Assembly: GCF_009914755.1 (NCBI RefSeq)
Contig: NC_060940.1
Reading direction: 5' to 3' (one strand)
Length of the DNA: 64,000 nucleotides
DNA from: the human T2T-CHM13v2.0 reference genome, Homo sapiens
Both the position numbers and the translations under genes were made by a program. The notes under the pieces were generated by a model. It saw only the letters and a list, made by a program, of their open reading frames with translations. It did no database searches and was not told the DNA's origin. How positions within the stretch are numbered: the first letter of the stretch is position 1; every line of letters starts with the position of its first letter. Positions 1 through 12,871 of the stretch are shown here, in pieces.

Positions 1-289
1 AGAAGGTAGCATTAAGTCCCACAAAAAGTCATCATCAAGTACGACAAGATCCTTTGAGCAACAGCTGTATAACCTATTTCCCTCCAGAACTCGTCCTAGA
101 GACTTACATGGAGAAGGTGCTCAAAAATAAACCTCAGATGGAAATTAGTGTCTGGGCCCATATTAATATGATTTAATAGTGAGCTATAAAAAATAATTAA
201 AATTTGCCAGCATGTTCCTGTCCCTTATTGCTTATCTAATTGCCCTTGGAATCTACAAGTGGAGTCTGGTCTTAAAAAGCTCTTATCTA

Positions 290-569
290 GGCCGGGCGCG
301 GTGGCTCACGCCTGTAATCCCAGCACTTTGGGAGGCCGAGGTCGGCGGATCACGAGGTCAGCAGATCGAGACCATCCTGGCTAACACGGTGAAACCCCGT
401 CTCTACTAAAAATACAAAAAAGTAGCCGGGCGAGGTGGCGGGCGCCTGTAGTCCCAGCTACTCGGGAGGCTGAGGCAGGAGAATGGCGTGAACCCCAGGG
501 GGCGGAGCCTGCAGTGAGCCGAGATTGCTCCACTGCACTCCAGCCTGGGCGACAGCGAGACTCCGTCTC

Positions 570-592
<23 letters not shown>
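290..592 (+). mobile_element. AluY (AluYe5-like), full length
   Basis: CpG-rich Alu with gggcgaggtggcggg, gagcctgcag and gacagcgagac variants; long pure A tail; TSD aaaaagctcttatct at 274-288 and 593-607. Confidence 0.9.
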
Positions 593-600
<8 letters not shown>

Positions 601-978
601 CTTATCTCGGTAAAGTATTTGTAAGAGGAAAGCGATGGGAACCAGGAGACGGGAGAGACTAAGATTTAGTCAAAGCCAAAGGTATTCTGTATGACACTAG
701 AGCTAAGAGAACCTCTAAGAGAGATAATTTAAAAATTCTGATGGCAAATTAAAAATCCAGAGAATTTAGAATCGAGAGACCAGGAGACCAGTTAAGGACT
801 ATGATGGCAATCCCTATGAGAGATGATATACAGCCTGAACTAATAAGTCAGTGACAGTGGGAAGAACTTCCGGCATGGGGAAACTAATATGAAATCTATT
901 GCTGGGGTAGAATCCACAGAATATGGCAACAGTAATGGAGGGAGATTGAGGAGCTGAATAAGACAATAAAGGAAAGTG

Positions 979-1313
<335 letters not shown>

Positions 1314-1450
1314 TCATTAGACTGGTAGCCAGCTGTGGGCTCGGCGTATGGCTGCCCCCATCACGTCAGCACAGCCTACAGACTTCAGCTGGTTGAGTCA
1401 TAACCCTGGCTTCTTGGAACTATGTCTTTACTACTGATCATTTCTAGATT

Positions 1451-1504
1451 GTGGGCAGGGCTGGGGAGGGTTGGGTGGGCAGGGCTGGGGAGGGTTGGGT
1501 GGGC
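1451..1504 (+). repeat. 24-bp G-rich tandem repeat, 2.25 copies
   Basis: gtgggcagggctggggagggttgg repeated exactly. Confidence 0.9.
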
Positions 1505-1560
1505 TGCCTCCAGTACCACTGGAGGGTTTCACTGGGTCTGTTTTCCTATGACCAGCTTGC

Positions 1561-1657
1561 CACAAGTAATGCATATTGCCTCGGAAAGCAGGCCACAGTC
1601 CTCAGAAGTGGATGCTGACATCACAAAGCTCCATCCGTCTCCAGGTTCCTCATCCAC
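1561..1657 (-). pseudogene. Candidate pseudo-exon, 97 nt, phase 0-1: [32 protein letters not shown]
   Basis: Acceptor ccttcctgtctgacattttcag; open frame; non-canonical donor g|gcaagc. Confidence 0.5.
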
Positions 1658-1836
1658 CTGAAAATGTCAGACAGGAAGGACTTGGAAAAACAGGATGACA
1701 AGGACCCAATCAGATGCCTTCAAAGAAAATCAGTTAAATCAGCAGCCTCATTGTTCACTGAAAATACTTTATTCCTTCATATTCTTAATCAAAACTATTC
1801 AGAGCATGGTTCTGCATGGAAAGGGCTTGGAATTCA

Positions 1837-2191
<355 letters not shown>

Positions 2192-2230
2192 TTAGGTCCC
2201 GAGTGAGACTCCGTCTCAAAAAAAAAAAAG

Positions 2231-2985
2231 TCACCACTCCATCCTGACAATGAGTAAAAAGCTGAGCAGACAAAAAATCAACAATTCTTCCTGGATCCAT
2301 AAGAAAGTAAGGATACAGGGCAGACCACTGCCACCAAGACTGGAGAGACAGACAGGCAAATACAGCTTACTGGAGCAGAGACTCACAAGTGGAAACCACC
2401 ACGCAGGAACCAGTGCCAGGGTAGGAAAACCTGAATTGCAGTTGACAAATTGCTGCAGGCTGAATGTGGACAAATCCAAGAGTTAAAATCTCCAGGGGCA
2501 CCCAGTCACAAGGGGGTACCCTGCGCTTTTGTGAATTTTACCTCCAAGAGTTCAACGAGATTCTCACAGTAAATACTGGAGAAAAGTCTCCTAATGTTTA
2601 CAGCATCTGGAGGGGAAAAGGAACCATTTGGAAATACTTGGAGTATTCTGTTCTTCCTAACAAGGTCTACCCTTGGGAGAAACTATTTTACCAGAGCCTA
2701 ACTTTCTGGGGTTTTGTCTTACCCTAACTGACCTGGGGAAAGGAAAATTACCAACTCCAGCCAGTTCAGGCCATCCTGTCTCACCTAAGAGAGAAAGAGA
2801 GAACTGAGAAGCGCTTATGAAGTTCAAAGCCCAGAGACACAGGCTCACTAAAAGACTGAGACTTAATCATAGGACTGTAGAACACTTCCCCTCCCCTGAC
2901 ACTTTACCACCACATCACTTGAGGTCTATTTACAGGAGTTCCTTCTACCTGGTACATCAAGTCTAGCTATCAAGAAAAAAATTTC
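2231..2985 (+). mobile_element. Old L1 (L1M) 5'-end fragment
   Basis: Resembles old L1M 5'UTR; appears to resume after the AluJ at 3547 (acaaggcatactaaaggcaaaa). Confidence 0.5.
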
Positions 2986-2986
2986 A

Positions 2987-3250
2987 GCCATGCGTGATGG
3001 CTCACACATATAATTACAGCACTTTGGGAGGCCGAGGCAGGTGCATTGCTTTGAGCTCAGGAATTTGAGGCCAGCCTGGGCAACATGGCAAAACCCCGTT
3101 TCTACCAAAAATACAAAGATTAGCTGGGCTACCGTGGTAGCTCACCCCTGTAGTCCCAGCTACCCAGGAAGCTGAGGCTGGAGGATTGCTTGAGCCTGGA
3201 AGTGGAAGCTGCCATGAGCTGAGATCACACCATTGCATTGAGTGATGGAG
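2987..3250 (+). mobile_element. AluJ
   Basis: Diverged Alu with J-type ttgctttgagctcagg. Confidence 0.85.
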
Positions 3251-3546
3251 TGAGAGAAGGAAGGAAGGAAGGAGGAAGGAAGGAAGGAAGGAAGGAAGGA
3301 AGGAAGGAAGGAAGGAAGGAAGGAAGGAAAAGAAAGAGAAAAGAAAGAAAGAAAGAGAGAAAGAGAGAGACAAAGAGAAAAGAAAGAAAGAAAGAAAGAA
3401 AAAAGAAAAAGAAAGAAAAAGAGGGATGGGGGAGGGAGGGAAGGAGAGAAGGAGGAGGGAGGGAAGGAAGGAGGGAGGGAGGGAGAGAGGAAGGAAGGAA
3501 GGAAGGAAGGAAGGAAGGAAGGAAGGAAGGAAGGAAGGAAGGAAGG
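3251..3546 (+). repeat. Compound (GGAA)n/(GAAA)n/(GGGA)n polypurine microsatellite
   Basis: About 300 nt, nearly pure A/G. Confidence 0.95.
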
Positions 3547-3991
3547 GTTACAAGGCATACTAAAGGCAAAACTAGTCATCACTTGAAGTAGTGCTGTCTC
3601 TTCCCTGAGGGAGTATTGGAGGACCAGGCTGAAAAATGTTGCTGCAGAGGGAAGAGAGCCCAGTTGGGAAATTGCTGTGAAGACATAAGGAAAGTTTAGA
3701 AAACCTCTCTGAACTCACACCTGAAAATGAGTCTAATAATTAGCGATCTCACCAGGTCATTGAAAGGATGACCTGGACTAATGTGCCTATAAAACACTCT
3801 GAAGAGAGTTGCCATTGTAATACAGTCCCCTAGGTGTTCCCCCTGGGTGCTTGCAGGCCCCTTCAGTATCCTGGATTACTCCTGTCTATAATATTCACAG
3901 AGCACAGCTCAAGCCCTCATCCTGCTTTTTGTGTTTAAATTAATGACCATCTCCCAGTAGTGCTGGGTCTCAGGAGTAAGGACTACGTTGA

Positions 3992-4379
<388 letters not shown>

Positions 4380-4401
4380 TGTCTGCAGTCTTTCTACATA
4401 C

Positions 4402-4465
4402 CTTCATTATCACACTGAACTCATCCTCAATTCTTTCATTATTCCTCCAATGCACTCAAAATGAA
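4402..4465 (-). pseudogene. Candidate pseudo-exon, 64 nt, phase 2-0: SF*VHWRNNERIEDEFSVIMK
   Basis: Strong donor aag|gtatgt; weak acceptor; phase 0 end fits the 1657 exon. Confidence 0.4.
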
Positions 4466-4829
4466 CTTTCATTGAAGGTTTAGGATGGTGTAGAGGAATT
4501 ACAGCACAGCATAAAATGGGCCAGATTAGAATTGAACTCAGATGTCACCGTCCTGGTATTCATGGACCACTCTCCATCCCAGGAAATGCATTTCTGGCCA
4601 CATTCTCCAGAGGCCCCAGCTCACCATCATCCGTCTTCTGAGGCCTCTCTTTCCTTAGACCTTCCTCATCTTTTCCTTTGTCTTCCTATTCCTACAGCCC
4701 CTCACCCTGTTTTTCTATGGACTGCTAGAAAGTCAAGATTCCATTGCACCTTAATATACAGCGCAAAGAAATCCAGCCCCCTTTTATTTCACCACCACTC
4801 AGCCAGGCTTTGCGGGGTGGGTGGAGGGT

Positions 4830-4917
4830 GTGCCCCATATTGGAATCAAAATGTCTCTCAAGGCATTTTTCTGAACCATAGAACCTTTGACAACCTGAGA
4901 TTAATTCTGCCATTCCT
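4830..4917 (-). pseudogene. Candidate pseudo-exon, phase 1 start: (E)EWQN*SQVVKGSMVQKNALRDILIPIW; 3' end uncertain
   Basis: Acceptor cttttctgctttttag; phase matches the preceding 73-nt exon; donor not identified. Confidence 0.5.
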
Positions 4918-5327
4918 CTAAAAAGCAGAAAAGTCTGCAGCCAGCTTTTGTTTCAAAGACCAAAACTTCCTGCTCAACAGTACCGATGTCAAAGCATTTA
5001 GTAGAATGTTTTCTTTTGTTTGTGTTCTGTCTTGCCCACGGTACCCACCATACTTGCCTAGAACTACATTGCAGCAAAACACGAGACCACAAAGAGAGGC
5101 AGAAGCCCTATGGTGTAGCCTTTTGGTTCCTGAGGATGCTGAGGCTCAGAGAGAGAAAATTACTTGCCCCAGATGGCTCAGCAATTTAATGGCAGAGCCA
5201 GTGCCAGCAACTGGACCTGTGATGACCAATTTAATGTCCTCTCCAGCTTTCCAGCAGTTTCCACACTTGAGGATAAGTCAGAATCACCTGAGGCAGATTT
5301 ATCACTGGAGATTTTGAGTCAGTGGGT

Positions 5328-5760
5328 GTATATTGGTTAGGATGCTTGGGCTGCAAGAGGTGGAAACTCTAACTCAAACAGTAGAAGAGTTCATTATCCC
5401 ACATAATAGGAAATACACAAAGAGGGCAGTTCTTAGAGCAGGTTGATCCGGGCACTCAGTGGTGTCATGAAAAACCCAGCTTCTTTCAGCCTCCTCTCTG
5501 TTCTCTTTACTGTTGGCTCCATCCTCAGGTCTCAGGTGTCAGATGGCTGGAGCAGCAATTCCAGGTAAACATTCTGAGTCCATAGCCCCCCAAGGAAGGA
5601 AGGAGGCTATCTTTTCCTTTTTTTTTTGGAAAGATAAAACTTTGTCTGGATCTTTCAACAGGTTTCCCTTTTCCTCTCACTGGACCAAGTTGTATCAAAT
5701 GCCCATTCTTGAAGCAAGCACTGGCAGGAAAAATAGCAATTTCCTTGAAAGCAGTCAGAC
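5328..5760 (-). mobile_element. MLT1-type MaLR LTR
   Basis: tggttaggatgcttgggctgcaag...aaactctaactcaaac resembles an antisense MLT1 3' end. Confidence 0.55.
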
Positions 5761-5769
5761 CACACCTAC

Positions 5770-5842
5770 CTAAGATTAGTTTTCCTGGAGTTGTATGATG
5801 TCATCGTGGAGGGAGGTACAACTGAACCACAGAAGCATGATC
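5770..5842 (-). pseudogene. Pseudo-exon, 73 nt, phase 0-1: DHASVVQLYLPPR*HHTTPGKLIL
   Basis: Acceptor ctctcttctctttcttcacag; donor tag|gtaggt; one TGA. Confidence 0.7.
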
Positions 5843-6037
5843 CTGTGAAGAAAGAGAAGAGAGTGGGTGGGTTCCCAGCACTTTCTCCTGCTGCAGCTGA
5901 GTCCCCATCTATACCTGGTGCCTCTGGGACAGCCCTTGAGAAGAGTAATGCAGCAGGTCACAGAGAGCCCAGGATCTTGGGCTTTTCGCATGTGACCTTC
6001 CTGATCCTTATAACCAGAAAGTCTGGGCAGCACTGAC

Positions 6038-6157
6038 TTCAGCCTGGTTTCTTGGTTTCATTTCTATACTGAGAACGTTCCTAGGATGTTCAGACAACTC
6101 AGGAAATGCCACATTATTTTCTGATTTCAGCTCCTCGAAAAGACTGTTACGTAAATA
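6038..6157 (-). pseudogene. Pseudo-exon, 120 nt, phase 0-0, fully open: YLRNSLFEELKSENNVAFPELSEHPRNVLSIEMKPRNQAE
   Basis: Acceptor ctcttttttaaaaag; donor gaa|gtcagt; 40 sense codons. Confidence 0.6.
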
Positions 6158-6697
6158 CTTTTTAAAAAAGAGATTTTAAAAAAAAGACATGTTAAAGCAA
6201 GCAGTAAATTATACATGTGGATTAAGATGTAACCACAAGGATTTTCATAGCAACAGTCTCTACAGTAATCACGAAAATCAATCTAAACATCCCCCAATAG
6301 GGAACTGGTTAACTATTCCATGTTCTAACCACACAGTGGAATTTTAAGTAGCCATTAAAATTGATGAGATATTTCTAAATGTGTTGACCCAGAAAGAGGA
6401 TCATGGCATAATGTCAGGTATAAAAGCAGGTTACAAAATAGGTTCGATGTGATCTCATTTACATAGAAGTTTATGTGGGTGTGTGAGTGTGTGTATGAGA
6501 AAGCTTTGAGTGTGTGTGTGTGTGAGCATGTGTATGTGTTTGCGAGTGTGTGTCAGAGTGAACATGTGTATGCGAGAGAGAGAGAGAGTGCCTGTGTGTG
6601 AAGGTGTGTTCAGAAAAATCTAGAAGAATATCAAAATGTAACAGAGATCATCTCTGGATAGTAGAAATTTGGAAGGCTTTTCTCTTTCCCCTTTATA

Positions 6698-6729
6698 CAC
6701 ACACACACACACGCACACACACACACACA

Positions 6730-6774
<45 letters not shown>
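6698..6774 (+). repeat. (CA)n(TA)n microsatellite
   Basis: Direct reading. Confidence 0.95.
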
Positions 6775-6778
<4 letters not shown>

Positions 6779-7105
6779 TGTGTGAATTTTGTTTTTATAA
6801 TGAGCACACATAATTTTTACAATGCAGGAAGCTCTTTCCTGGTTTCTGTGACTTTCAAGGAAAGCTTTGAACAGGGGCAGGTGCCACAGTGAAACGTCCC
6901 CCCACCCCTTAGCCTTTGTGATGGGAAAAGAGACACGGGTCATGAGCCGCCTGACTATAAATGAGCACGGCTTCTTTTTTTAAACGTTTTTGTCTGTAGC
7001 CTATAGTCACTCACTCTGCTCAAAAGAACCTGAAACTGTGGACCCCCTCCTGGGCCCTAGGGGAGACGTTTGCCCCAGTTTTCCACTTTCTAGATGCCTC
7101 TTTAC

Positions 7106-7285
7106 CCGCCCACAGCAGGGATTTTCAAAAGCATCTAGAAACTTTCAGAAGGATCTGCGGTCAACTGAGCAATCTCCCCATGAATCATCCATAAGAGAGA
7201 ACGGAGAACGGTTCTCTGCCCTGAGATCAACACTGTAGCAGCCGCACACCTTTCCAGACTCCTTTGAAAGGGCTCCAGAGGTCAC
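7106..7285 (-). pseudogene. Pseudo-exon, 180 nt, phase 0-0: VTSGALSKESGKVCGCYSVDLRAENRSPFSLMDDSWGDCSVDRRSF*KFLDAFENPCCGR
   Basis: Acceptor ...gataacag; donor cgg|gtaaag; one TGA in 60 codons; several retained CpGs. Confidence 0.65.
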
Positions 7286-7880
7286 CTGTTATCATGCTGT
7301 CCAGAAGGAAATCATGAATCAAAACCATCTTTTCCCCTCTTAGCCTCTCCCACTCTGGGGCCTTCCCAGAAGGACACAGCTCAAAACCCACCCACACCCA
7401 TCGCAAATCCTTTAGCCACAACAGGAAGGCGATGAACCACAAGGGAAAGGCATGAACATTGTCATTTCGAGATATTTGAGGGCTGGAACCATTGGCACTG
7501 AAAATGCTGGTTTGTACTTCATGGAGTTCTGCTGAAAGTTCCAGCAGGTTTGCTCTTAAAATGTGCTAATTAATTGAACATGGCCAGGGAAACATTCAAG
7601 CACTTTAAGGAATGATCAATAAATAGGATCTGAAGAGGTGAGCCCTGTTCTGGAGGACAGTGTCAAAGGCACTGTGTGAAATCACTTAGAAAGGTGCAAG
7701 GTGAACCATCCAACCCTGACTTTGGCAACACCTTTGCTCTTTCTAGTGTAAAGGGTATGTATGTGAGACAATCGTATGGGCAAAGGTACTGGCAATCTTT
7801 AATCAACTGCTTTCCCTCACTCCTTCATCCAGAGCATCAGCAAAACCTCATAGCCCTGCCTTTCAATATTCCAAGCCCAT

Positions 7881-8296
7881 TGTATTAATATCAATCAAGT
7901 TTCAACAGAAAAGTAGAGCCAAAGAACATATATATGTTGAGATTTATTGCCAGGAATTGGCTTAAGAGATTGTAAGCACTGACTAGACAAGTCCCAAATC
8001 CGCAGGACAGTGCACCAGGAAGAACACATTGGAACTCTTGGGCACAGGCTGAAGCTGTGGTCTTCAGGCAGAATTTCTTCTTCAGTAGGGGAGTCCAGCT
8101 CTGCTCTTAAAACTTTTCAACTGATCGAATCATGCCCACCCAGATTATCCAGGATATTCTTCCTTATACAAAGCCAACCAATTATAGACTTTAATCACAG
8201 CTACAAAATACCTTCACAGCATCGCCTAGATTATTGTTTGATTGAATCACATGGGGCTATAGTGTAGCCAAGCTGACACATCAAAAGATCATCACA
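7881..8296 (-). mobile_element. MLT2-type ERVL LTR
   Basis: tgtatta... start and gccaagctgacacatcaaaagatcatcaca end. Confidence 0.65.
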
Positions 8297-8975
8297 CATC
8301 TCAAAGAGATGGCTGTTGCACTCCTATGCCCATTGCAGCTTTATTTACAATAGTCAAGATGTGGAAGCAACCCAAATGTCCATTGACACAGGAATGGATA
8401 AAGAAAGTGTCATACATATATATATGCAATGAAATATTATTGAGCCTTAAAATAAAATAAAATCCTGCTATTTTCAACAACGTGGATGAACCTAGGGGAT
8501 ATTATGCTAAGCGAAATAAGCCAGTCACAGAAGAACAAATATTGCACAATTCTACTTATTTGAAGTATCTAAAATAGCCAAACTCACAGAACCAGAGAGT
8601 CGAATGGTGATTGCTCTGGGCTGGGGGAGAGGGAAAACGGAAATTGTTTTTCAATGGGTACAAAGTTTCTGTTATGTAAGACGAGTAAGTTCTAGAAATC
8701 TGCTATTTGACATAGCAGCTATAGTTTACAATGTGCTGTTGTGCTCTTTTAAATATGGTAAGATGACAGATCTCATGTAAAGTGTCCTTGCCGAAGCTCA
8801 CACATAAACATAACACAAAAGAACACACAGATATTTTCTGGAGGTGATGGATGTTTACTGCCTTGGTTGTGGTGATCACATGGTGGTGAATGCATATATC
8901 CAAACTCATCAAAATGTATATGTTAAATGTGTGCAACTCTTTATCAATCTCAATAAAGCTAAAAAATTAAAAATT
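8297..8975 (+). mobile_element. L1MA/L1MB 3' end
   Basis: gcaacccaaatgtccattgac...gaatggataaagaaa motif, ending caataaagctaaaaaa. Confidence 0.8.
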
Positions 8976-8989
8976 GTTTTAAAAATCAC

Positions 8990-9657
8990 ACCTGTCCACC
9001 TCTCATACTCTTCTGCCACTGAAGTATCCATCACTCACACCTGGACCACTACAATGGACTTCTCGTTGACTCAGCAGCCAGAGTGACCTTGTTGAGATCG
9101 GATTTGCCATCCTCCACTTAAAACCTTCCAAAGACACATTGTTCACGGAATAAAACCCAAAATCCTTACCAAGTCCACTGAGATCCTCCCGGATCTGACT
9201 CCTGCCTACCTTTTTGAGTCACCTTATACAACTCAGAGTTACTCTTTCTAACTGTGGCCCTGCCAGCCTGCCCTTGGCTTTTTTCCTGCCTTGGAGACTT
9301 TGTAAGTGCTTTTAACTCCATCTGGAAAATGTCTGCAGGTTTTTCCTCACTGACTCCTTCTTGTCTCTCAGGACTCAGCTCAACATTTAGGAAGACTTTC
9401 TTTGTTCACCCTGTATATTATGCCTCCCACCCCAAAAGCATCCTCTATCATTCCAAATTATTTTTCTTCCTTTATAGCATAGATCACTATCTGAATCTTT
9501 TATTTATTTGCTTCCTTGTTGATTGTCTGTAGTGTGTAGGCTCTGAATGCAATACGTGGACGTGTTTTGTTCATCCATGGGTCCTCAGTCCCTGACACAG
9601 TGCCTGTCACCTAGTAGGCATGCTATAAAGTTTTGTGATATGGATGATTGGATGGAA
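8990..9657 (+). mobile_element. L2 3' fragment
   Basis: acagtgcctgtcacctagtaggcatgct...gatggattggatgg L2 tail. Confidence 0.65.
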
Positions 9658-9902
9658 ATTACAGAGACCTTTAAGCACCGTATTCTGCTAAAATCCCAGT
9701 GTATGGATGAGGATATGGTGTGGGATTTGGTTTAAAAATATGAGAAGGGGAAAAGTGGTATGTAGAGCTGAAACAAGATCAGCCATGAATTAATAATTGT
9801 GGAAACTGGGTGGTAGGTACATGGGGGTTCATTATACTATGTGTCTACTTTTGTATGTGTTTGGAATTTTCCAGGATGAAAATGTTTTGAAAAACGAACA
9901 CC

Positions 9903-10189
9903 AGGCCAGGCACGGTGGCTCATGCCTCTAATCCCAGCACTTTGGGAGGCTGAGGCAGACAAATCACCTGAGGTCAGGATTTCAAGATCAGCCTGGCCAA
10001 CATGGTGAAACCCCATCTCTACTAGAAATAAAAAATTAGCCGGGCATGGTGACAGGCACCTGTAATCCCAGCTACTTGGGAGGCTGAGGCAGGAGAATCG
10101 CTGGAACCTGGGAGGTGGAGTGCAAGATCACACCATTGCACTCCAGCCTGGACAACAAGAGTGAAACTCTGTCTCAAAAAAAAAAAAAA
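9903..10189 (+). mobile_element. AluS
   Basis: Alu consensus. Confidence 0.9.
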
Positions 10190-10282
10190 TGAAAATAAAA
10201 TAAACACCAAGTTTAAACATCTAACCAGAAACAGTATCCCACAATTGCCTGATTTTGTCCTCATTTTTTAGCTGATTGAAGT

Positions 10283-10465
10283 CAATTACTCTCAACCATG
10301 GGTTGTGAGTTGTTTTGGCTCCCAAGGGACATTTGGCAATGTCTCAAGACAGTTTTTGATTGTCACATTGCGGTGGGGAGACCTCAATGCATGGGACGGC
10401 ATTGATTTACCACAAACAATTATCTGATCCCCAGATGTCAATAGTGCCAAGATTGGCAAACCCTC
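10283..10465. mobile_element. MER20 DNA transposon
   Basis: ggacatttggcaatgtct...tttttgattgtcaca...atgtcaatagtgccaag. Confidence 0.75.
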
Positions 10466-10989
10466 ATGTATGTCATTTAGAACCACGTCTAGAAGCTGAC
10501 CCTAAAACAGGGTAAATATCCGCAGTCAGGTCAGAGGCCGAGCCACATAATAGACAACTTCAACATCACTGGCAATCAAGCAAATTAAAATGAAGGCCCA
10601 CTTTCAGCATGTTGCAGTAATGAAGATGTTTGAGATATGCTGGCTAGGGTACAGGAAGACCAACATGAGCCATGATGCTAGCCCATTGCTAGAGAACGTA
10701 TAATTGGTCTGACTTTTCCAGAAAATAACTGAGCAATAGATAGCAAGCTCTTTACAATGCTCATACCCTTTGACCAAGTAATACCACTGCTAGCAATACA
10801 CCCTAAAGAAAAAATCAAGGAAGCAAAAACTCAAAGCAACCTAAATGCCCAACAGTGAGGGAGCGACAACAAACTAAAATACGGAGCAAGGCATTTTAAA
10901 TAAAATTTACAAATTTTTAATGACACAAGGAGGTACTTACAACACCACGCTCAGAGAAAAGAGCAGAAATAAATTAAGTATTCAAATAT

Positions 10990-11335
10990 TCATCCATAAA
11001 AAATGAAATTGTGTCTTTTGCAGCAACATGGATGGAGCTGGAGGCTATTATCTTAAGCAAAATGGCTCAGACACAGACAGATACTGCATGTTCTCACTTA
11101 TAAGTGGGAGCTAAATAACGTGTACACATGGATGCAGAGTGTGGAATGATAGACAACAAAGACTCAGCAGGGTGGGGGGAATGATGAGAAATTATTTAAT
11201 GGGTACAATGTACATTATTCAGGTGATGGATACCCTAAAAGTTCTGACTTCACCATTACACAACCTATGCATGCAACGAAATTATACTTGTACTTCATAA
11301 GTTTATATAAATACAAATAATAAATATGATAAATA
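10990..11335 (+). mobile_element. L1MA/L1PB 3' end
   Basis: gcagcaacatggatggagctggagg...catgttctcacttataagtgggagctaa. Confidence 0.8.
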
Positions 11336-11733
11336 AGCATTTTAAAAATAATTAAGTGTTCTTCATGATCTCGACTATGTAAAAACTAATAAAATGTGTT
11401 CTGTGGAATCATATAAAAATTCTTTGGCCACCTTTAAACTTTGCCAAACTTTTAAATATTTTTATTTGACTAAAATAGTCCATATGAGTTAATATTTTCA
11501 GTCACAAATTGTAAAACACCCAACTCAAACTTCCGTTGCCATGATGGGAATTTGTTGACTTATGTAATGGAAAAGTCAAAAAGTAGGTTGAGTTGCAGTC
11601 AAAGCATAATCCAGACACAACAATACAGTCACCAAGGACCTGGTTTCTATCTGTCTCAGGGCTCTGCCTTCCAGAAGTTGGCTTCATCCTCTGACTCCAA
11701 GCAGTGATCCTTGATCATCCCTCCCACACCACT

Positions 11734-11789
<56 letters not shown>

Positions 11790-12064
11790 AGACACATGCT
11801 CTCTGTCTCATGATAGCTAAACAACAGAAGCTATTCCACATCTCACATTCTCATTCTCAAACGCATCTTACAAAATAAAGAAAGAGTCTTCTGACAACTT
11901 GAGCACAAGTCTGAAAATTCACTTTTCCCATTGGCCTGAATTATATAATGTGCCCATCCCTGACCCAGTCACTGTGGCCAATGGTGCACAACTTGCTAAT
12001 TGCCTTGCACCACCCACTGTAGCAAGAATGTCAACTCCATCCAAATCATGTGGCTGAAAATGGC

Positions 12065-12440
12065 TGTATTAATCCATTCTCACATGGCTATAAAGAATAC
12101 CACCGAGACTGGGTAATTTATGAAGGAAAGAGATTTAATGGACTCACAGTTCTGCATGGTGAGGAGGCCTCAAGAAACTTACAATCACGGCAAAAGACAA
12201 AGCAGGCACATCTTACATGGCAGCAGGCGAGAGAGAGAATGTGCAGGAAGTGGAGAGGGAAGAGCCCCTTATAAAACCATCAGATCTGATGAGAACTTAT
12301 TCACTATCACAAGAACAGTATGGGGGAATCCACCCCTATAACCCAATCACCTCCAACTGGGTCCCTCCCTTGACATATGGGGATTATAGGGATTACAATT
12401 CTAGAGGAGATTTGGATTGCAACACAGCCAAACCACATCA
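12065..12440 (-). mobile_element. THE1 (THE1D-like) solo LTR
   Basis: tgtatta...ccaaaccacatca; 5-bp TSD atggc. Confidence 0.85.
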
Positions 12441-12871
12441 ATGGCAGAGGGTGAATTCCACTAAGCAAAGTCAAGGTCCTTTCTGTTGTGGCGCAAAGTG
12501 GATGCTGGAGAGTCCTCCAGTAAATGTCCCTAGGACGTGTCTTGCTAGGGAGGAGCTATCTAGCCATGGACTACATTTCCCATCCTATCTTGTGTTTAGG
12601 TTGGACACAGGACTAGTTCTCGCTAGTAGAATGAAAATGAAAGTGGAATTAGAGTACTCTGAGGCCCTAGAGGAGAGAGGAACAGAAGATAGAAGGAGGC
12701 TTCCTCCCCGTTTCACTGCACAGAAAGCTACCTGCCCATTGGAAATATCCACATTAAACCTATTTGAATAAGCCATTGATATTTATGGGGGTTTTTTTGT
12801 TATAGCAGCTAACATCACCCTAATACATACCTTACAAGTGTATATTACTTTTACATAAACATAATAATAAT

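Noticed and set aside
107-131. Possible further minus-strand micro-exon ending at a gtaagt donor
   Set aside because: Only 25 nt with a weak acceptor near the window edge; cannot be distinguished from chance.
3014-3591. 114-140 aa ORFs rich in PSFL or RKEG
   Set aside because: Artefacts of the GGAA microsatellite.
12217-12771. 184-aa ORF
   Set aside because: Runs through THE1 and MLT1 LTR sequence; no coding features.
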